Positions 8,370-16,400 of a stretch of DNA of 30,667 nt are shown one piece after another (position 1 is the first letter of the stretch; each line of letters starts with the position of its first letter). Below the pieces are notes generated by a model, which saw only the letters and a program-made list of their open reading frames with translations, searched no databases and was not told the DNA's origin. The position numbers and the translations under genes were made by a program. This DNA is from a virus (Duplodnaviria > Caudoviricetes): positions 1 to 30,667 of the IMG/VR virus record IMGVR_UViG_3300043466_000799; one strand, 5' to 3'.

Positions 8370-10460
8370 ATGCCAACCGTCCCGACCACCTTCGTCCCGC
8401 AAGTCACCCCTCCCGGCGGTGGTGACATCGGCCAGTTCCAGGCTCCCGCCGTGGAGCCAATGCGCAACTACACGGGCGAGCAGGTCCAGCAGTTCGGACA
8501 GCAGTTGACCCGAGCAGGCATGACGGCGTTCAGCATCGGCGACGCCATGCAGGACCAACTCGACGAGGCCGCCGCTAAGGAAAGCGACATTGCATACCAG
8601 CAGCAGGTCAACGAGATCCTGCAAGGTCCGAACGGCTATCTGAACAAAGTCGGCAAGGACGCCGAAACGTCATACGTCAGCGTCAACGAACAGTTGATTC
8701 AGGCTGGGCAGGCGAGCATGGACCGCCTGAACGACAGCCAGAAGCGGCTGTATCAGAACGTCCTCGCCCGCAACATGATGACCTTCCAGACGCAGGTGCA
8801 GTCGCACCGCGACAAGCAAGTCAAGGTCTACGCGGAAAACGAAGCCACGGCACGCGCCAACCTGTACGTCAATCGAACCGTGCAGTCATATAAGGAACGC
8901 GATGCGGTCACGACCGACGGCCTGCCGACGGGTGAATACAACACCAATCTCGGCGTGGCGCTGAATGAGATCCGCACCGTTGGCCGCCTGCGAGGCTTTG
9001 CCGAGGACAGCGCCCAGATGCGGGAACTGGAGAACGCGGTCTACACGCAGGCTGCGCAGGGCGTGGTGAATCGGCTGATGATGGATAGCCAGTTTCAGGA
9101 CGGGCTTGACTACGTGCGCAAGCAGTTGGAGCTCAACCGCATCGATCCGACCAAGGCCGACGCGATGATTGCCTCGCTCGACGCCAACCGCAAGCGTCAG
9201 ATGGTGGACGAACTGACCACAAGCATCCGTACGACCGGGGTACTGGACACGCCCGCCGGCACGGGGAACTTCGATCAGATCATTGAGAACGGTCGCATCA
9301 ACGTCGATGGCAAGGGCGTGAACATCGAGGCTCCGCCTGGTGCGCCCGTCAACGCGCCGGCCAACGGGACGATCAAGAGCGTCGATGGCAACACGGTCAC
9401 GATGGAAACGAGCGACGGCACCACTCTGAAGTTTGACAATGTCTATGTGTTCGGGCTGCTCGCGGAAGGCCAGACGGTCACCCGTGGCGGCATGATCGGC
9501 ATGGTGGGCAAGGACGACGCAGCCGAGGACGGCCTGTATCGCATCGGATACACCGCCACCCGCAACGGCGAGGCCATCGACCCGCGCAACCTGAACTCTC
9601 TTGAAGATTCCGACCGCGACGAGGCACGCCGACCGCTCACGCTGCGCGATGCGCTGACTGTGGCCGAGCGCATCCCTGACCCCGAGGTTCGCAAGCAGGT
9701 GCAGTCGAACCTGCGCACTCAGTTTGCGCAGGAGGACGCGCTCATCAAGGAGGAATACCGTGGCCGGATGGACGCGATCACCGAGTTCCTGGCTGTCCCC
9801 GGAAACAACGTCGGACAGATCCCACCTGAATTGTGGGGCACGCTGAAGCCGACCGATCAGGCCAAGTTGCTGAGTGGGCAGAGGGAAACCGACGAACTCG
9901 GTGTCATGGAAGAGATCGCCCGTGACCCGAGCGTGTTGACGGTTGATTACCTGGACAAAAACCGCAATCGCCTGACGCCAGGTACGTACGTCAAGTTGCT
10001 GAAGGACACGGCTGACCCGAGCAAGATAATCAAGGCGTCGATTAAAGCAGAAACATTGCAAGCGATTCTGGTGCGAAACGGGCAAAGGTCATTGGCGTTC
10101 CCGCGAGCCAAAGACGAAGACGAGTTGACCGCAAGCCTGTTGTTCAGGGACGCCGTCGAGCAGCGCATCGAATTGGAGCAAGGCGATTCGAAGCGGGAAA
10201 TCACAAGGCCCGAACTTGAGAAAATCGTGCGCGATCTGCTTATGGAACGTGCGATCACGAAATTGGATAGCACTGATGTCATTGCCGCCATGACGCCGGA
10301 AAATGCGGCTGCGGCATACGAAGATATTGTTGCTTCCATTGACAAGACGGAACTGGAGCGGATTCGGTCAGCACTGCAACAAAAGGGACAGCCTCTCACG
10401 AAGGCCAAAGTTGCTAGCGCCTACATTGAACGCCAGCGCGCACTAAAGGCAAAGCCATAA
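8370..10460 (+). CDS. Internal virion (ejection) protein, gp15-like, with a degenerate M23 peptidase-like domain
   Basis: MPTVPT start, helical body, M23-like segment at about 9305-9595 (GVNIEAPPGAPVNAPANGTI...GQTVTRGGMIGMVG...RNGEAIDP). Confidence 0.72.
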   Translation: MPTVPTTFVPQVTPPGGGDIGQFQAPAVEPMRNYTGEQVQQFGQQLTRAGMTAFSIGDAMQDQLDEAAAKESDIAYQQQVNEILQGPNGYLNKVGKDAETSYVSVNEQLIQAGQASMDRLNDSQKRLYQNVLARNMMTFQTQVQSHRDKQVKVYAENEATARANLYVNRTVQSYKERDAVTTDGLPTGEYNTNLGVALNEIRTVGRLRGFAEDSAQMRELENAVYTQAAQGVVNRLMMDSQFQDGLDYVRKQLELNRIDPTKADAMIASLDANRKRQMVDELTTSIRTTGVLDTPAGTGNFDQIIENGRINVDGKGVNIEAPPGAPVNAPANGTIKSVDGNTVTMETSDGTTLKFDNVYVFGLLAEGQTVTRGGMIGMVGKDDAAEDGLYRIGYTATRNGEAIDPRNLNSLEDSDRDEARRPLTLRDALTVAERIPDPEVRKQVQSNLRTQFAQEDALIKEEYRGRMDAITEFLAVPGNNVGQIPPELWGTLKPTDQAKLLSGQRETDELGVMEEIARDPSVLTVDYLDKNRNRLTPGTYVKLLKDTADPSKIIKASIKAETLQAILVRNGQRSLAFPRAKDEDELTASLLFRDAVEQRIELEQGDSKREITRPELEKIVRDLLMERAITKLDSTDVIAAMTPENAAAAYEDIVASIDKTELERIRSALQQKGQPLTKAKVASAYIERQRALKAKP

Positions 10461-13400
10461 TGCAGAACGAAGAAACTCCAACGGAAGTCAACCCGTACCT
10501 CGAAATTGTCGATCGCATGTCGAAGCCGGCTTTGACGCCGCTGGATATGCCCGTCGAGCCAGCACCTGAACGTATCCCCTCGTTCGCCTCGTTGTCGAAT
10601 CCGTACATTGCAATGCAGGAATCGTTGGCTGTGCCAGCGCAGCCACGGCTTCCTAGTTCCGACAAGCTGTTCAACGAAACCGCCATCGGCTCTCTGTCAT
10701 CGGTCATGGGCATCAACCCCGACCAGGCGGCAGAGGCGACGAAGTTGGGCACGCCGCTGGGCATCGGGCAGGACTTGGCGTTGTACAACATGGACGAGGT
10801 GCGACAGCGGTCAGTGATCGCAATGGTGCAGCGCACCGGGATGTTGCAGAACAACCCTCGTCTCGCGCAGTCGCTGCTTGACCCGGTGTTCGCTGCACAA
10901 GCGCACGACGATCTTGACTCTCTGGCCAAGACATCAAGCCTGTTCGAGAAGGCCGTCAACTTCATCGGGCCGGAATTGTTCGACCGGCGACCTGGTCAAG
11001 CGTTGCGCATTGCCAAGGTACTTGAGGAGGGATATGCCATCGGGGAACTTGGCGCGGAGCTTGGTCAGTTGAAATCGCGGCGAGCAATGACGCTGGCCTT
11101 TGGTAGCGAGGATGAGTATTACGATCTGGTCAACGAACGCATCGCATACCTAGAAAAGCAAATGGGCGGAAAGCAACCGTCCGGCATATTTGGCACAACT
11201 GCGCAAGTGGTGGCGCAGGGAATCGTCAACGCAAAGCCAATTCTCACGGGGGCGATGCTGGGCGCAGCAACAGGAGGCGTTGTCCATCCTTGGTGGGGTG
11301 CTGTTGGTTTTAAACTGGGTGCCGGTTACGGCATTGGCCTGACCACCGCAGAGATTGAAGGCGGTGTGTTGTATGACGACATGGTTGCAACGGGCGTTGA
11401 CCCGGAAACAGCACTATTTGCCGCAGCAGCCGGCGGCACTGTCATTGGAACAATTGAGGCCGCCAGCGACGCTGTGACGTTGTTGCCGGGTTGGGCTGGC
11501 GTCAAACGATTGGTGACCAAGGAAATCTCGGAGCAACTGACGAAACCGACCATTCGCGCAGCGGTTGCGCAGGCTGGGAAAAATGTCGTTCTTGGTACGT
11601 TTGGTCAGGGTGCAGAGGAAGGGCTCCAAAGTGGGTTTGGTCTTGGTTTCACGCGACTTGCGCAGGCAATTGACGGAATTGAGAGCGACATTACAGCGGA
11701 GCAGGTAGCAAAGGAAATTGCGGATTCTTTCATTGCTGGCGTACAGGGTGGGATTCTTTTGAGCTCAGTTGGCCCCAGTCTGTCGTTGATGGTCGATGTG
11801 CAACGTGCAGACGCCGTTGCCAAGCAGCAGGAGTTCTTCGACGGCCTTGAAGCGGCCAAGAGGAACAGCAAACTCGCCAAGCGTAACCTCGACGCTTGGG
11901 AGAGCTTTGTCGCCCGTCAGGCCAAGGGTACGACCGCCGACACTGTTTACGTCGAGGCTAATGCTGCGGCCCAGGTGCTTGCGCAGAGCGGAGTGAGCGT
12001 CACGGAACTGGAGAAGGTCATCCCCGGCATCCGAGAACAGTTGAAGAACGCGCTCGAGAACGGCGGCGACGTGACGATTCCCACGTCGGTTTACAGTGCT
12101 CGGCTTGTCGGCACGCCGCTTGGTGACGCTCTGCGCCAGCACGTGCGCATTAGTCCGGACGCAAAGAGCGTGGTGCAGGCACAGGAAATCAACCGTAAGC
12201 GCGATGCGTTGCTTCAGGAAGCCCAGGCGGCTCTAGCCGAGCGGCAGGAAGCAGACGCCGCGTTTGTGGAGTCTGCCCAGAAGGTAGAGACGACCGTGGC
12301 CGAGCAGTTGCGCCAGACGGGCATGCAGGACATTGAAGTCCGCGCCAATGCTGAGTTGTTCCGCGACCTCGCCGTGACGCAGGCTGCGCGTATGGGAATC
12401 ACGCCGGAGCAGTTCTACGAGCGATACCCGTATCGTGTTCGCGGCCCCCAGGTGGTTCAGGAAGGTCAGCCGCTTGAGCAGGCAGACCAGTTCGACCAGG
12501 CGGGACAACGCCGGACGGACACGCCGCAGTTCCGTGCATGGAGCAACAACGCTCAACTTGTCACTAAGGACCAAAGCGAATCACACCAGTTTGCAACTGG
12601 AGTTCCTGTAGTTGTTGAAGCATTGCACGGGTCAATTCAAAAGGGCTTGCGTAAATTCGATGTCAATGCGGCGGTCGAAGTTGAAGGCGCAATTTTCTTT
12701 TCAAGCAACGAAGAAGTTGCTTCACAGTACACGTTTGAGCGGGCATACGGCGACATTATCAGCGACGAGCCGCTTGGAGAAGTAATTAGCGCGTATGTGT
12801 CGTTTCAAAACCCGATGGTGTATGCGCCCAAGGGCCGCGTTGTAGATGCAATCGAAATGAGTCGCGTTATTACCCAGGCCAAAGAGCTTGGGCATGATGG
12901 CGTAATTATCCAGAACATTGATGACAGCATTGGCATGACGGGCGACATGGGCAACGTGTATGTCACCTGGAATCCAACAAGTATCAAATCCACTGACAAT
13001 AGTGGAGCGTTCAGCAGGGCAACCGCAGATATCTACAACCAGGCCTCCCGCATCGACGCCGACTACATGGCCGCCGTCGAGCGTGGCGACATGGAGACGG
13101 CGCAGCGCATGGTGGACGAGGCTGCGCGGGCCAGTGGGTACACAATTCCCGTGTACCACTTCACAAGGTCAGATGAGCCATTCACATCGTTCGATCTTGA
13201 GCGGATGCAAAGTGGACCAGGCATTTGGCTCACCAGCTCGCCAGAGGGTTGGTATGGCCGGCGAATGGATCTTTATCTCAATCCCGGCAAGATCAAAAAC
13301 GTCAAGTCACAGTTCGATAGAACATGGCGCGAGGGGGAGTTGAGTATTGAGGGAATTCTTGAGGGCGATCTGGAAACAATCTCGCAACAGAACATCAATA

Positions 13401-16400
13401 CCCTTCGCAACACCAAAGATTACGATTCGACGTTCTATGTAGCGACCCGTCCCGAACAGGTGAAACTCGCCGACCCGGTTGTGTACGACGAATCCGGCAA
13501 CGTCGTCCCGCTGTCTCGCCGCTTCGACATCACAAGCCCCAAGGTGTTTGAGCAGGCGGCAACTGAGCCGCGCTTGATGGCAGTACACAATTTGTCCGCT
13601 GACAATCTGCAATTTGCTGCGCGAATGGGTGGTCTTGCTGTTCCATCAATCGGAGTCATTACCGAGGAGGCTGGAGGCGTTGAGGGCTTCGGTGAGCTCA
13701 CGCTGATCGGTACACGCGAGATGGCCGAGCCTCGTACGACGCCAGTATTTGAGGCCGACGCATATTCGGCCAGATTCCCACGCCCGGAATGGCCGGGAGT
13801 TTCGACTGCAAAGGCAGATGCCGTTGTCGCGTCTATTCGGGATCTACAAACCGAGTTTGGTGACGTAGGACTGGTTGATAGCACATTCAATTTTCTTGTC
13901 AACGAACCAGATGCCAACAAGTTAGCGGAGCGTTGGTTGCGTTCGCCAGCGATCATGGCGATGTACCTGCGTGAGCGTGGAATTGAAATCGCTCCGATAC
14001 TAGAAACACGACCAACGTTGTCGCGCCTGACATGGGAGGCGATTGATCGCCTGACTCCAATTTATTTGGCAGTCGATCAACAGCAAGCGTATGACGTGAT
14101 GGAGGAAAGTCCAGAATATGCGGCTCTGAAGGTTGCATATGCGGATGAAGTGCGTAGGCAATATGAGGGCGTTGCAGAGGAACTACCAGAAGGACGTGTT
14201 GATGAGTGGGCGAGGCAATTCACTCCCACGACGCTACAACGATTGAGCAGAGATGTTCAAGAAACAAACCGTCAGCGTGTAGCAAGAGAAGCAACATCCG
14301 ATGCAATTACGGGAAAGTTGGAGCCGCTGTACGCGGAATACAAGACCTGGGTCGATCAGAAAACGCGAGAACAATTTGGTGCCCCATTCCTTCGTGATGG
14401 CAAACTAAAGCGTCCGTATACGCTTGGAAATATTGTTGACTTCATGGCGTCTGCCAAGGTCAAGGGTGAGGAAAAGGGATTGACTTTCGGAGCTGGTGCA
14501 GCACGGGCAAAGCGAGCGCGTGCATTCCCGGATCTTGAGGAGATGCGAGAAGCCGCAAAAACGGCCATTGTCAATCCAGAGGAATACAGCCAAGCACGAA
14601 AGGAATCGGAAAAAACTCTTGAGGCATACCGTCTAGCGGTTGTGGACTACACGCGGCTGACGGATTGGCGAGGAAAGCAAGACACATGGGCTGCAATGGA
14701 TGCTGCTATGAAGGCGCTGGCTCGGTATGGAAAGCGCAAAAAGCGAAACGTAAAGGCAATGCGAGAAGCATTGAGCCGTGAGCGATTTGCAATCGGCAGC
14801 ATGCCAACGGAAATTATTGAACAAGCCATTGATGCCGCAGATGCTTTGTTCAGTGCGCCAGTCCCTTACTTTGAAGCAAAGCCGCAGCGTGCTGTGCGAC
14901 TTGATGAGTTTGCGGGCGCTGTCATCCCAACAAACGCAAGCCAAGAAACACGCGACATATTGCAGCGCAATGGCATTCCATACATCTCATATTTGTCTGG
15001 AGATGAGGCTGATCGGCAACGTGCGGTGCGGCAAATGGCCGTGTCCCCAGAAGCTCGTGGTGAGGTTCTATTCCAAACCGCCCGCGCCCCGCGTGGCGAC
15101 TTCGACCCAGCCAAGTTGATGACCACGCTCCGCGAGGGGCGTGACTTCAGCACCTTCTTGCACGAGACAGCGCACTTCTACCTGACCATCCTTGCCGACA
15201 TCGCCCGCAGCGCCACGGGGCCGCAGCAGTCGAAGGCGGACATGGACGCCCTGTTGCGGTGGTTCGGGATTGAAGGCGTCACGCCGGCGGAACGTTTGGC
15301 GAAGTGGTCGAGCATGACCATTGACCAGCAGCGCCAGTACCACGAGCAGTTCGCGTACTCAGTGGAGATTTACGTGCACGAGGGCAAGGCGCCGAGCGTG
15401 GAGTTGCAGTCGCTGTTCAACCAGTTCGCCGCTTGGTTGAAGCGCGTGTACAAGTCAATCCGAGACGAATTGAACGCGACGTACAAGGCGCAGTTTGGTC
15501 GTGACCTGCCGATGATGAACAGCGAGATCCGGCTCGTCATGGACCGCATGCTTGCGACCGACGAGCAGATTGCCCGCGCCCAGGCCGTGCGTGGAATGAA
15601 GGCGATGTTCCAGACGCAGGAACAGAGCGGTATGAACGATGCGGAGTGGGCGGCGTATCAGGCGCTCGAGCAGGACGCGACTGACGCTGCGACGGCGGAA
15701 CTCACGAAGGCCACGCTCAAGGAGTTGCAGTGGTACGGCAACGCGCAGAGCAAGTACCTGCGCGAGATCCAAGCCAAGCACGACCGCGCCCGCAAGGAGA
15801 TCCGCGAGGAGGTTTCGGCTCAGGTGCAGTTGGAGCCTGTGTACCGGGCGATGGAGTTCCTGAAGAAGGGGACGATCCGCACCGATACGGGCGAGGTGAC
15901 GGCGGCCACGGGCGCGTACAAACTCGATCTCGCCAAGGTGCGTGCGATCATGCCGGCGGGGTTCGACCCGGCCACCCTCAAGTACGGCAAGTACGGGATG
16001 GTGCAGGAAGGCGGTATTGACCCCGATATGGCGGCTGGGATGTTCGGATACGGCAGCGGTGTGGAACTCATCAACGCCATCCTCGGCGCCAAGCCGATCA
16101 AGGAGGAGATCGACGCCCGTACCGACCAGCGGATGCTGGACGAGAACTCCGACTTGGCGACCCCTGAGGCCCGTCAGGCTGCGGTGGACATGGCGATCCA
16201 CAACGAGGCCCGAGCGCGGTTCATCGCGGTCGAGCAGCGGTGGCTTGAGAAGCAGCGGCGCCCGGCCAACGACATGTTGCAGGCGGCCCGTCAGGTCGCT
16301 CAAGACATCATCGGCGATGTCGTTATTCGGACGCTCAATCCAAGGCGCTACGAGGCCGCTGAAGCCGAGGCTGCGCGGACGGCCACCACGGCCTACCGGG

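Noticed and set aside
15062-15079. EVLFQ resembling the HRV 3C protease site (possible vector contamination)
   Set aside because: It is in frame within a native phage gene and lacks the GP; treated as one of the natural Gln junction motifs.
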